The position numbers and the translations under genes are program-made. A stretch of 64,000 nt of DNA from Paraspadella gotoi (Eukaryota; Animalia; Chaetognatha). The stretch lies in the NCBI GenBank assembly GCA_051294375.1, contig CM119266.1, forward strand, positions 12,499,705 to 12,563,704, in the 5' to 3' direction. Shown one piece after another: positions 21,439-35,430 of the stretch (its first letter is position 1; every line of letters begins with the position of its first letter). The notes under the pieces were generated by a model. It was not told the DNA's origin. It worked only from the letters and a program-made list of their open reading frames with translations, and did no database searches.

Positions 21439-22763
21439 ATGCTCGTAATATATCAATCCACAGATTAAAATGTAAGATACGTCTCAATTCGTTATTTGAC
21501 GGCATTATTGATCGCATTGCTGATTGCTGATTGCTGATTAATGATCGCATTGCTTTGAATACCAAGTGTATACATACCATACACTGTTTTAGAGATAGTC
21601 CAGACAGCATGTAAAATTAAAAGCAATACAGCGACTTAGTGCCATCAACTTTTTAAAAAATAATCATTGAAGTACAAAGTACAATAAAGTAGTATGAAGT
21701 ACAATTAACTGTTTAAAATAATACGGCTGTGTAGAAAAAATCTAATTTCGATAAAGTAGCTTTTTGAGGGAGTTTGAATAGCTGGCCTTAAGCTCTTCTC
21801 CTATTTTCAATATCAATCTCTCTTTCTCTCTCTCTCTCTTTCTCTNNNNNNNNNNNNNNNNNNNNNNNNNNNNNNNNNNNNNNNNNNNNNNNNNNNNNNN
21901 NNNNNNNNNNNNNNNNNNNNNNNNNNNNNNNNNNNNNNNNNNNNNNNNNNNNNNNNNNNNNNNNNNNNNNNNNNNNNNNNNNNNNNNNNNNNNNNNNNNN
22001 NNNNNNNNNNNNNNNNNNNNNNNNNNNNNNNNNNNNNNNNNNNNNNNNNNNNNNNNNNNNNNNNNNNNNNNNNNNNNNNNNNNNNNNNNNNNNNNNNNNN
22101 NNNNNNNNNNNNNNNNNNNNNNNNNNNNNNNNNNNNNNNNNNNNNNNNNNNNNNNNNNNNNNNNNNNNNNNNNNNNNNNNNNNNNNNNNGTGTGTCACAG
22201 ATTCAATCAGGAGACAAACGAGCTTAAATTGAGCGCGGGGCTTTTATCGCAATCGTCGCGAGTCGACGAGGCCTCACCTTCGCGTTGAACGGTCGTCGGN
22301 NNNNNNNNNNNNNNNNNNNNNNNNNNNNNNNNNNNNNNNNNNNNNNNNNNNNNNNNNNNNNNNNNNNNNNNNNNNNNNNNNNNNNNNNNNNNNNNNNNNN
22401 NNNNNNNNNNNNNNNNNNNNNNNNNNNNNNNNNNNNNNNNNNNNNNNNNNNNNNNNNNNNNNNNNNNGGTGCCGGACCCCCTTCTATATCCCCTCAACCC
22501 CTTCCCGACCCCCCTTAAGCTTGTTTTGATCGTTTCAGGCTGAGGATTTGGAAGAAATATCCGTGTTATTTTTTTTTTTTATATTCTGTCGTTACTCTTC
22601 CCCACTGCGCGTTGTGTATCGGGAGAGTGAGCACTTGGAAAAACTGGGGCAAAAAAACTCTAGCGGATTAAAGTTTTTATTTAGGCCTTTCTTTTTTTTT
22701 TCGAAGTTTTGAGAAAAAAAAAATATTAAGAGAAAAAAAGTGTTTTGTGTCGTCGACTTTTGG

Positions 22764-22854
22764 AAATCGTCTCCAAAATCGTCTCCAAAATCGTCTCCAA
22801 AATCGTCTCCAAAATCGTCTCCAAAATCGTCTCCAAAATCGTCTCCAAAATCGT
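22764..22854. repeat. Perfect 12-bp tandem repeat (AAATCGTCTCCA)x7 plus partial
   Basis: Seven identical units read directly; produces the spurious DFGD/FWRR/IVSK ORFs. Confidence 0.95.
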
Positions 22855-23626
22855 ATCCTCGTCTTCTCCATGGATTCAAAAACCTTTTTTAGGTAGGTCT
22901 GTCTCTCTGTCTCTCGGTAAGTTTGTATTTCTGACCGAGAATATACAGTAATGTTAATCAAACTGAAAAAAAAAAGCATTTTACTACCATGAAAAATTGT
23001 TTTCTAAAGAACACTAACGGAGCTTTGCAGCGCGTTCTTTTTGTTATTTAAAATGTTTAAAAGGCGATCCATTTATCGTCACAAGCATCGTGAACGTGTG
23101 ACGGAAGTCACCTCACGTCTCGGGCTTTCGATTTCAATCCAAAAATGATAAATTTCGCAAACAAGGCCCATGTTTTATGGAGAGCGATATCATGAATTCT
23201 GATGTAATTACAATCTGAGACGGTGTTCAATTAAGGTCTTTGAGCATCCCAAAAACGGCTGGAGGCAGAAACATTTATCTCAAAGGAACTCAAAACATTT
23301 GGTCGAATTTAGAACGAATTAATGCCAAGCTTTTTACTATAAAATTTAATGACAAAGCGTTTAATGTTCTCTGGATGGTACAGACAAATAATGAGTAACA
23401 GCTACCATTTTTTATTTAATTCGAGTAAGAGAAAAACTTAAATAATTCCACACTAGAATCTCACGCGACCACCATTTTTTTTTCTCGCTCTTTGTGAATC
23501 GATAACATTTCTCGGAAAACAGAAGAAAAAGTCTTCCCCTCGGAAGACTCTCCGCTTAAGGGGTCAGCAAACTCGCGGTTGTTGACACTCGGGTTACATT
23601 CTTTCCTTTCTCACTCAATGACTTTA

Positions 23627-23720
<94 letters not shown>

Positions 23721-24170
23721 TTTCCACGCAATCTTTCCTCGTCTCGTGGATATAAACCATCTTTTTTTCAATATGAAGTATAACCCATAATAAAATTTAT
23801 TGAACAATTTTTCAACATATTCACAAATTTTAGAATTCATATCATTTTCAAAAAAAGAACCGCCAACCATAAATATATTCATAAATGCACAAAACTGCGC
23901 GAAACATTTGACGATCGCATTGCAAATCTCGAGTCGAGTTAAAGTGAAAAAAAGAGAGAATCCGCGATGTAGTTTCATTCACGCTTCACAGATTCTTTAC
24001 CGACGCGAACCAATATGNNNNNNNNNNNNNNNNNNNNNNNNNNNNNNNNNNNNNNNNNNNNNNNNNNNNNNNNNNNNNNNNNNNNNNNNNNNNNNNNNNN
24101 NNNNNNNNNNNNNNNNNNNNNNNNNNNNNNNNNNNNNNNNNNNNNNNNNNNNNNNNNNNNNNNNNNNNNN

Positions 24171-24204
<34 letters not shown>

Positions 24205-24779
24205 CGTCGGAAGATTTCGTTGAAACTGGTTGAACTCGCTCTCTAATTACGACCTCAGTTGGCTCCTGCATAATTCATGCCGGGTCCGAAGCCTCCGGCC
24301 GACGTCGCCGCGGACGAAGGACTTCAGAATGAGGTTTTATTTTAATTGTATATTTTTACACAAAGTTAACGTGGGGGAAGAAGCTCTCGGCTTTAGTATT
24401 GTGAGAACTTCAAGTTTAACAGAACGATAATTAGTTATTCACCATTAATAAAAAGGTACACATGAGGTTTACAATGAGCAAATTTATAATTTACTATAAT
24501 TATAATCTTTTTACCATTGATCACAAAGTACAGACTAAAATTTATTCATCTACGTATGTAATGTTTAAATAAAAAGCGAAGAGTCCACTATTTTTTTTTA
24601 AATTCACTCATGGCTAACATCCATATTATTCTGTACGCTCAACTGAATGGCCCTAATTTGCATCCCTCATCGCCATCCCATCTTCATCAACATCTTTCAT
24701 CTTCACCGCCTCATCCCATCTCGATCGCTAAATCACTTTTCAATTTCATCTCGTTCGAAAGCTTTCCTAACGCATTCTT

Positions 24780-24793
24780 GTTTCCATAGCAAC
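24780..24793. promoter_or_regulatory. RFX X-box motif GTTTCCATAGCAAC
   Basis: Exact match to the X-box consensus; function untested. Confidence 0.45.
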
Positions 24794-27036
24794 CTTTGAT
24801 TGTTTTATTTCTGCTTCGTTTTTAGTTTCTTTCCGCTTTTTTTTCGTTGCATTCCATTCATTGCTTCATTGCTTCTCGCCTACGTTGGTTGCCATCGCCC
24901 GGATTGGAATAACCGCAGCTTCATCAACACCGCCCCCACTGCCGCACGGCCCCACTCCCAATCCAATCCCCTGCTGCCCCGCGCCCTTCTCCCCCTCACA
25001 ATTTAATTTATCGTCATCAGTCAACCTTCGTCCGGATGTCGTCGTTGTAGTCGTCGTCGTTCAAGAGGTCGTTGTTGTCCCGACTTAGACTTCCCACTAT
25101 CATCGAAATTAATTTTTTTTGATGGGCAATAAGTTTGTTCTCTTACAAAATATATTATCTTTTTTTAATTAATAAGTGACTGTCATCGGAAACCTCTCAA
25201 GCAATATCAGTTTTGTCAAAATCATTTTCTTTAGGGAGATTATTAGGGCTTTTCCCTCTACTTCAGACTCACCTTTGTAGACTATATCGAGGAACTTATG
25301 ATGAATTTTACTTCTTTTTTTTTAGATCATTGATAAAAAACAATCGGATACCAGTATGGATTAAATAACAATTTGGTTACTGAAAAGGTTTATGTATCTG
25401 GTTTTTGAAACTAGCTTAGAATAATAGGAATCATGGGGAAATCACTACATTCTAATTAAATATTATGGATTGATATTATTAACGGATTGATGTATTGGCG
25501 GGATTTCATCCGCACGAATCCGCAAAAGATGAGTATGTCAAAATTGATATTTTCAAATTAATTTTTTTTTTTAACTTCGTTAAGAACCATTTACTAAGTA
25601 ATATTATTTTAAATTTTTGTTAACTGCGATTTTGAAGTGGTTAAAAAAAGACAATTTGAAATTGTACTTCAGTTACAAAGCGTTAGTATTTTTTTTTTTA
25701 AAATCAAAATATTTATTGAGATGAGACTCAGGAGATGCGAAACTGTCTAATTCAAATACAATTCGTTGACAAAAAAATAATTAATGTTCTCCAAATCTCA
25801 AAACACAACGGAAATTGATATAGGAAAGAGCGACGAGTGAGAGGAAAAAAAACATAAGTAATCATAATAATTGACTTCGAAATGAATAGATGGTGTAGAA
25901 TATTACATAGTAAAATTTAACATTAAAATGAAATATTGATTACATTTGTCACATATTTGACATTATATTGTTATACATTATATTGTTTACACATCGAGTG
26001 AGGCGATTCTCTGTAAGATCTTCTATGTTGTGTGTTATGTTACCATGGTTAGATTGAGTTATAATTAAATGGTTGTACCAATTTCAATTAAAATCTTGTT
26101 AAACTTTTTGATGTATAAATTTAAATAAATGGAGAGAACCTAACAAACGTTTTCTTTAAAAGAAAGAACGAAAAATGCCAAAAAAAAAAACATATCTTGT
26201 GTAACTTCAATTTATAATTTTACTTAATCTCTATTTTGGATACCCCATCTTTTCAAAAATTAGTAGTTATAAAACACATTAGTATATTCTTCCTCGCTTA
26301 ACTGATTGGATCAAATTGCTCTTTAAACTTTTGTTTTACCGTATTTGGAGGAAAAAAATTAATAAAACATGATAAAAAATCCCCGTCGTAGCGCGTTCGG
26401 GTTATCTTTAGGAATCGTTAAAAAATAAAATTTCATTTTTGTCCTTTTTGAAATATTAATATTTATCGAGAAGAAACTCTTAAGTTTTCAAGAATTACTC
26501 TGGGTTAAGCTATCCAATATGTCATTAATAATTTCCGATTTTAACGTTCACTTCGATCATAGTGCTTCCCTTCGTCTGTGAAAAAATTTGAAAACAATTC
26601 TCGTAAAAATATAAATTTTACATTTATTGAGCCAACAAGATGTTATAAAAAGAAGCCGTAAAGTAAAATATTGTCAATTGGGCTCGTAACAATAACGTTT
26701 ATCTTTTACATTACGTTATATGTCTTCATTTGCATAACAAACTTCATCCCTACTCCCTACTCTTTTCATCCCACCGAAAAAATTCTCTTTTTAGCTCGCT
26801 TAAAACCCATTCGTCTTGACGATGGCCATCTGGTGGGATCGAGAGGAAAACTAATGAAAATATGAGCATCGAGGGAAGGAAAAAAAAGAAAAAAATAAAA
26901 AAAAGGAGGGTGAAAAAGGATTATCTTTGTACTACAGGACGCGGAAATAAATTAATTATCTCCATCTTAAGCTATCACCATAAAATCTCAGACGGAATGA
27001 GATTTCTTTCTTTCAAGGTAGAGAGAAAAAGAGAGC

Positions 27037-27131
<95 letters not shown>

Positions 27132-30100
27132 GAGTTTTTTCCTCATTCCGACTTCCTATTCTTTTTTCCCTTTTTTTTGCCACATTCCTTTTCATTTTTA
27201 GTATAATCTGTTTCCAGTCTTGCGTTTCGATGCTAATTCATTCAAATTCCACCAAAAGAAAGGGGGGCGTGCGAGGGGGGTGGTAGGTGGGGGGGTAGGG
27301 TGGTAAAGGAAGAAAGAGGGCGACGCGTATCGAGCGAATATCCAATTCCCTCCCGAGAAAGAAGGAGCTTCTCGGATGTTTAACAAGGAGGAAGTGTTTC
27401 CTTCGTCGTCGTCGTTCTCATCGTCGTCGTCGTCGTCGTCATCGTCTTCGTCGACGACTAACTTTTCACCCAAAAAAATGTAAACAAGTGAGCAAAAGAG
27501 GGAATTAATATGGCGGCAAATAGAAGGGGGGAAAAAGAGAAAAAGTGAAAGGAAGATTTCTCAGCCAAAGATTCTTTGGTTTGTGCCAACAATGAATTAG
27601 AATTTTCGGCGGAGGAAGAAAGAGAGAGGGGGAGCGGGAGACCAGAAAGGAGAAGAGAGAGTAAGTAGAGAGAGGAGAGTAGAAGAGAGAGAGAAGCGAG
27701 AGAGAGAGAGAGGGCAGGAAGAGAATTAAAGAAGAGAAACTCAATATGCTTTTCTCTTCAGTTTAAAACTTTNNNNNNNNNNNNNNNNNNNNNNNNNNNN
27801 NNNNNNNNNNNNNNNNNNNNNNNNNNNNNNNNNNNNNNNNNNNNNNNNNNNNNNNNNNNNNNNNNNNNNNNNNNNNNNNNNNNNNNNNNNNNNNNNNNNN
27901 NNNNNNNNNNNNNNNNNNNNNNNNNNNNNNNNNNNNNNNNNNNNNNNNNNNNNNNNNNNNNNNNTCTCTCTCTCTCTCTCTCTCTGATGTTCATTTCCTT
28001 CAATTCCATCACCAGGAAGGATAGAGTTTGGCCAACTAAATCTTCCTCCCCCCGACCCCCTTTCCTCACTCCCAGTCTTCAGTCCTAAATTGTAAGACCG
28101 AAGGGCCACATGCAGACGTGATATTTTGCTTTTATGGAGTCGCCTCGTGTTAAATCAAGGAAGGGTGGTTTTAAAGGGAAAAAAAGCTAAAGTAGGAGGA
28201 GGGCGTCGGGGGGGAAAGTGGTTGGGGGCGGTGGATAAGGGGAAAAAAGAGCACGCTGACCAGTAGGAAAGAGTCTCAATATTATGTCCTCAGCAGTGAG
28301 TTTGTTTGTTAGCCTTATTTTTAAACATCTGTAAGCTTAAACAAAAACTTTATATTCGGCCAATCGATCAGGAGGAAATATTCCAAATATCATGACGTCA
28401 TCAGTTAGTTTCTCATCTTAGTTTGAAATCTTTTGGAAGAACCGTGATGTTTCTAAAAATTTATGTCAACAGTGATAAACAATATTTATACATCTTAAAG
28501 TTGGGTATTCAGGTGTAGAGAGACAAATTTGAAACTTAAAGTTAAACCTTGCAACGAAAAAAAAAAACGATAAAAGAAAACTAACCAACAAGTGTTCCAT
28601 GTTGAATAAGTGTACATGCTCCTTCTAACCAACTTATAAGCAAACAAAACTAGTAAACCAATCAAACTCCTTCTCCCCTTAACGCCCCCACCTTTCCTCT
28701 TCAAACTCCCCGTTTCCAGTTTCTCTNNNNNNNNNNNNNNNNNNNNNNNNNNNNNNNNNNNNNNNNNNNNNNNNNNNNNNNNNNNNNNNNNNNNNNNNNN
28801 NNNNNNNNNNNNNNNNNNNNNNNNNNNNNNNNNNNNNNNNNNNNNNNNNNNNNNNNNNNNNNNNNNNNNNNNNNNNNNNNNNNNNNNNNNAGAAGATACG
28901 ACGAAGCTCTCCGACATCGACAACCCCCTCTCTTCTCCCTCCCCTCTCCAGAGGAGCTCCACCCCTTTTATCCCTTCGAGCCTGCGGAGACCCTTATCCA
29001 GACATGTAGAGTCTTTGTTCTCCTTTGCTGACGTTCAAAACGCTTCTAAAGTCTGTCGCTCTGTCTGTCCGTCTGGCTCTTTCTTAATCTGTCTGTNNNN
29101 NNNNNNNNNNNNNNNNNNNNNNNNNNNNNNNNNNNNNNNNNNNNNNNNNNNNNNNNNNNNNNNNNNNNNNNNNNNNNNNNNNNNNNNNNNNNNNNNNNNN
29201 NNNNNNNNNNNNNNNNNNNNNNNNNNNNNNNNNNNNNNNNNNNNNNNNNNNNNNNNNNNNNNNNNNNNNNNNNNNNNNCCTTTTCCTCTCTTTTTTTTCG
29301 GTTTCCCTAGGGCATGACTAATTGACTCATGCATCATTTCCTTTTTGCCTTTGGATGAAAAAAAAATATGACTTTTCTCCCCTCCCCTTTTTTTAATTTC
29401 TTTTTTTTTTCTCCCCTTTCGATTCTTTTCTTAATTCATTTTCTTTCTTTCTTTCTTTTTTTTTCTCTCTCTCTCTCTTCTTCTGTAAAATATCGGTTTC
29501 TTCCATCATTTTTTTCCATCAGCTCATCCGTTGAAGGAACAGAAATGGACAGACCACCTTACTTTTTATTTTAATTCTATCTTTCTTTCTTTATTTTTTT
29601 TCTTTCCTTCTTTTTTTCTACGGTTTTTTCTATCTTTCTTCCCTCTTTTCTCTCTGTCATTCTTTATTTTTTTTTTACTGACCACCTTATATCCTCCTCC
29701 TTAAATTATCTTTTTTCCTTTTTCCTTTCTTTCTTTCTTTCTTTCTATCTTTATATCCCCTTTTTTCCGTTTTTTCGTTCCGTCATTCTTTCCTCACTGT
29801 CAGAAAGCCTTATTTCTTACTATAATANNNNNNNNNNATTATCTTTTTTCCTTTTTCCTTTCTTTCTTTCTTTCTATCTTTCTATCCCCTTTTTTCCGTT
29901 TTTTTTTGTTCCGTCATTCTTTCTTTCTTCCTCACTGTCAGAAAGCCTTATTTCTTACTATAATACTTTCTTCTTTTCTTTTTTTTCTTTTTCCTCCCAT
30001 TTCTTCTCATATTTTTTTTCTTCTTTCTTTCCTTTCCTTCTTTTTTCCTACCTTCCTTTTCTCTCCTTCGGCTTAATTACTCGCGCTACGGATAATTTCT

Positions 30101-33100
30101 TATCTTTCACTTCCGACGCTCCGACGGACAGAGTCTGTTTTCAATTAAGGCCAAATATTTCTTTCACCAAACATCCCTTTATTTTTTTCCTTTTTTCTTT
30201 TGAGGTTAAAAAGATTTGAAATTCATGAAAAATAAAGGATTCTGGTGTCCGTTCAAACAAAATTGCTCCGACATAAAAGTTAGTTTAAAGTTAATTAAGT
30301 TTTTAGTTTTAACTTAATAAAAGGCACATTTTGATCCTGGTATTTTACTGACAATGCTGTTCCGTGTCCCCCTAATGTGAACTAGCATTAGTAGTCTTAA
30401 AAAAGTGAAAAAAAGCTCTTTCGAATGTCGCATTCTGGACCCGGACTCGTTCTCGCGATATTCCTCACGAGTAAGTCTCAAATCTCAACGGTATACCACC
30501 TGACATACAAGAGATCACGTGACATCGAAGCCGCCGACTCACGACGTTGGGGAAGTCGGGGAATGGGGGAGGAGGGTTTGGGGATTGGGGATTGAGGGAA
30601 GGAATAGGGGAAGGGTTTCAGGCGCTGAGAGCCCAAGGGTCAAGTCGACGATATGAAAGGAATAGATGACGAGAGATTGAGAAGAGAGAGAGAGAGAAGA
30701 GAGAGAGAGAGGAGAGAGAGAGAAGAAAGAGAGAGAGAGAGAGAAGAGAGAGAAGATATTTGCGCAGTTGATTAAGGTTAAAGAATGCCAGACGGAGGGG
30801 TGACAAAATATGGAAGATCACACGAAGCGTTTCAAATATTTCTTTTTAGCTATAATTAATATAGTTTAAACTATTTTGGGCATTCCCCGAAAAAAGATTT
30901 TTATAATTAAAAAAAATTAAAATTTTATATTATAATTTTTAACGTTTAAATCTATACCTACTGTATTCTTTTGAGATAATTCTTCTCTCTATCGCTAAAC
31001 TATTAATTCAAACTAATTCTTGAAAAATATTTTTTAATTTTTTTTAAGAAGCAAAACAGTCGAGGATCACTTACCCTAAAATTTTTCCAAGGAGTCGGCC
31101 GATGTCGAAATAAAAAGTGGGGAAAAAAAAAGAAAATTAAATGATTAATTATTATTAAGGATACGTCGATATAAATGAATTAAAATTCATAATAGAACAT
31201 TATTTTGGAGAACACACATCTTAAAATGAAAAAAAATTCAAATTCGCGGATTTTTAAACCAGAAGCGACGACGAAGACGAGGCGAGAAAATGATCATCAC
31301 CCCTTAAGAAAGGGTTCTCCATTCCCCCCTTCCATACACACTGTCATGAATATTCTTCCTTCCATAACCACGGCAGGGACGACGACCGACGACCCGACGA
31401 CGACGGACGGACGATTAGATTTCATCGCCGAAACTCATTTTCTGGTTTCTTTATTTTTTTTTTTCCTCCTCAGCAAAACGCTGGCCTCTTGAATTTCAAA
31501 TCATCTCGTTGGGAAGAGTTTTCGGGGAGATTTGGGAGTTTAAAGGGGAGAGCAGGAGAGAGAGAGAGAGAGAGAGAGGAGAGACGAGAGAGATTGAAGA
31601 GAGAGAGGAAAGAGAGAGAGTAGGAGAGAAGATCAGAGAGAGAGGAGAGAGAGAGAGAGGAAATAAGAAGAAATAGAGAAAGAACAGAGAGAAAGAAAAG
31701 ACGGAAGAAAAAAAAAGGAAAAAGAAAAAATAGGAAAGTTTCATCTCTCCGCCTCGCCGGCCCATCAGATACTTATCCCCCATCCGACTATTCTGCCCGC
31801 CCGAGACAAATGCAATGGCAGCAGCGGGAGACCTGAAAGGGCGAGATAACCTGAACGCGTCTTTGAAACCGTAATAAACAAGCAAGGATATAATGCGCTG
31901 GATGTCCAGAAAAGTAGTTACCCGTTGTACTACCCGAGTTTGCGCAGAGTAAAAACTCCTCTCCCGCGGGTAGGGATTTTCTTCTTTTGCAAAAGGAAGT
32001 CTTGTTGCAGTGGTCTTCTCGCGTCGTCGTCGTCGTCGTCGTCGTCGTTTCGTCGTCGATCGTGTCATCAATCGTCGTGCGTGATGACTTTATTTTTCCT
32101 CCTGTGGGAATTTTTTTTTTCGTTTTTTTTTTCCCACAGAGTCGGAAGTCTTTATGCTTTCCTATTTCTCCTGCCTTCTTACGCCCTAGCGAGATCTTTG
32201 GGAGAGGGGTCTGGATGAAGAACGAGATGGAGAGATGAGATGAGTGAGAGAGAAGAGATGAATGAGAAGAGACGAGAGAGAGAGAGAGATTAGAGGGGGA
32301 GAGAGAGAGATGAGAGAGAGAGAATGAGATGACTGATGTGCAGGTATGAGCAGACGTGAGAGAGACTATGAATGTACAACGATGAGATATTACTGCTGTT
32401 AATGATATAAAGGAAAACGAAGCATGCGTTCCTTTTAACTTATTCGCAGAAATTCCTTGTTATTTCTACACGAAGAAATAAATTAATACAATTCAAAAGA
32501 TAACTATTATGTAGTTTATTTTTATTTAGTTGATTGTTTATAAAGTTATTGCTTATTTTTTCACACTACNNNNNNNNNNNNNNNNNNNNNNNNNNNNNNN
32601 NNNNNNNNNNNNNNNNNNNNNNNNNNNNNNNNNNNNNNNNNNNNNNNNNNNNNNNNNNNNNNNNNNNNNNNNNNNNNNNNNNNNNNNNNNNNNNNNNNNN
32701 NNNNNNNNNNNNNNNNNNNNNNNNNNNNNNNNNNNNNNNNNNNNNNNNNNNNNNNNNNNNNNNNNNNNNNNNNNNNNNNNNNNNNNNNNNNNNNNNNNTC
32801 GCAGAATTTTCGCTGAAAATATATTCATTCTAAAAAAAGAAGTCATTTTACATTTTTTGTCGAGTCGGTATTCATTAACGAGTGAAAGACATAAAATCTA
32901 AGTTTTTGTGGGTCAGGCTAAATCGGCCACTAAATTAGGATTTGGATTTGCTCCTGTTTATTTAATTTATTCAGATATTAATCATCTTCGTCTTCGTCTT
33001 CATAAAAATCTTTAAAAATTAAGAAAAATAACAAACAAAGTGACAATACAAAACGAGTTCGTTGTCCTGCAAAAGGTTTGGCTAAAATAAAAACATTAAA

Positions 33101-34489
33101 ATCGCAAAACAAAATCAGTTAAGGCAAATCCTTAGCGAATGTTTTTATAATTTTTTTTCTTATTTTTCTCAAATCTGTATTGCATATTGAGAAACAGTAC
33201 AGAATCAAATGAGAGTTTGTTAGTTCGTCTGTTTATTCCACTATGCAATTTACATTCTACCCCCAAGCCGCAGCCACTTTTTANNNNNNNNNNNNNNNNN
33301 NNNNNNNNNNNNNNNNNNNNNNNNNNNNNNNNNNNNNNNNNNNNNNNNNNNNNNNNNNNNNNNNNNNNNNNNNNNNNNNNNNNGCCCCCTCTACGTGGTG
33401 TTTTCGGGTGGGTCGAGCGTACAGTAGTTGTTGTTGGTTGTGTGCATTCGTATACGCACGCTCATACCACGTCCTTCCTTTTTTTCCTCACTTTTGTTTA
33501 GCTCCCACGCCCCATCTCCCAACCCCACTCCTCCGCTCCCACACTACTATCCAAACACACCACAATCGCCCACTGAAATTTTCTCCTTAAGAACAACGCA
33601 CTTCATCTACTCTCCCCATCCCCCACCCCGACACCACTCTCAACCAGCCTACCGCCTCCTCCATTCATCAGGAGTCTCCTCGTCGCGTCCTGAGATACGC
33701 CGGAGCCAAGGAGGTTCCCTCCAGAAACGAAAGAGAAAACACGGCTGCTTGTTTGCACCATAGGAAAACACGCGAGCGTCACCGAAAATCTCTCATCCGA
33801 AAACCGGACAACACCGCTCACGCACCACCCACCGCCAATCCAGCTAACACTACACACTAGCCCAGCGACAAAGTCGACTTAGACCCGGCATTTTTCGCCC
33901 CCCGCTACGTCCGCAACACTTCAATCGCCGCCTCAGCAACACCCTCCACGTCTCCCCTTCTCAGTTGTAACTCGCTCCGTAGAGCGAACTCCACAATGAC
34001 GGCGATGGCAACCAGCGGCGCCGGCGCGCGCTACTGGGCAGGACGACGCGCACGAAGGGCTGAGGCCGCTGTCCGGACGCCGCAGGATAGGTCGGCATGT
34101 CGCACGCTGCAGCAACGTCTTTCAAGATCTGAATCGGTGTCGCTCGGTGCGCAAACCCCTCGCTCACGAGAACGCACTTCGCGCCCTGACGCGGGGCGAC
34201 CACATCCTATCTACCCACACCCTTCTACCACCACACATCCCAGCAGCCATACTCGTACAACCTCCCCTTCCTACGATCTGGTCCCTCCCACTTCTTCCGC
34301 TTAGCCCAGCTCCCGAGATACACCCGCGCGACCTCCGGTCCACAGCGCATGGGACCTCCCGACCGCGCTGTTCTCCATGTGGAGAAACACGAGTCTACCC
34401 AGCTCTCGCCGTCTCACCCCAGCCGCGTCGTTCTCACCAAAGAGAAACTCGGCATGACCCGGGTTAATCAGCGTTCCTTACAATAAAGT

Positions 34490-35430
34490 TTGGAGAAGCA
34501 GGATCGACGCATTGATTGTAAGATTTTCCACGAAATTGGGGAACGAGGGCAATTATCTGATGATTCTGTATTATTTTATGTATGTATTCACACCAACACT
34601 CTGTTCCCACCTAGGCTCGTTAGAAAATCATCCAGAAAATCTTTGTCTCGTGTTATTGCGCGTCGAAGAAAAATTGCGAGAACCGTCGCCGAGATGCTTT
34701 GGTCATCATGCACGGTAGTTTGCCCCCTACGCGTCGTTTTATTATCTTAAGTGATATGAAAATTTGTTTAATGTTTTATTGCAGAAAAACTTCGTCGGCA
34801 AGCCCGCGAATGCGAGAAGACGAATCTTTAGCGAAACGACTGCTCATCTTAACCTGGCGAATATGTCCCCACTCGTCCACAGACGCGTTCCTTCGGCAGC
34901 GTCGCTTATCATCTAGATAGCTGTTGGATTGAAATTTACGTTTTTTACCTATTAATAATGTGAATCAGTTATTCCTTTGACTCATTTACAGCGGCTTAGA
35001 ACGATGACGGCCGTCTGATAGAAGAGGCGTATGGTCAGCTCGGCGGCTCTGGCGCTCTTTGACTTGCACTTCTGACCTGGGCCGCCGGGGTTACAACTTG
35101 CGACCGCTAAACGGGTAGGTTCTCAGGCTCGTTTTCTTGAAGCTTAAATTGAAAGATTGGTTAGATCGTACTCCCTACGAATTGTTGTTTTCTTTTGGCT
35201 TTTCAGATTCCGTAATATCTGGTTTGTCTCCTATTGTCGAGGAGTAGATCACGAAGGCAATGGGTCGGAAGGAGCCTGGCAGAAGCCTGGCCATTGATGA
35301 TCCCCTTGCGGGTGAGTTCGGATCCTCATTACCCTTTTCAATGACTCGCGGCTTCCTTCAGCTTGGCTCGCACAGCGCCGACGCCCACTGACCCCTGCGA
35401 GAGGCCCTCCACCAGATGATCGGTCCGGTC
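34490..35430 (+). other. Compact intron-rich gene-like fragment in error-rich sequence, product unknown
   Basis: Five short GT-AG segments, mostly AT-rich (34518-34614, 34715-34784, 34923-34991, 35115-35206, 35312-35361), alternate with ~100-140-nt GC-richer segments. One frame stays open across the second intron (IQKIFVSCYCASKKNCENRRRDALVIMH|EKLRRQARECEKTNL). Confidence 0.45.

Noticed and set aside
22764-22854. 12-bp repeat array as CRISPR-like or coding repeat
   Set aside because: Head-to-tail identical units with no spacers, no cas genes and a eukaryotic context; an ordinary minisatellite.
29705-29964. ~125-bp direct repeat around a 10-N gap
   Set aside because: Classic unmerged contig overlap.
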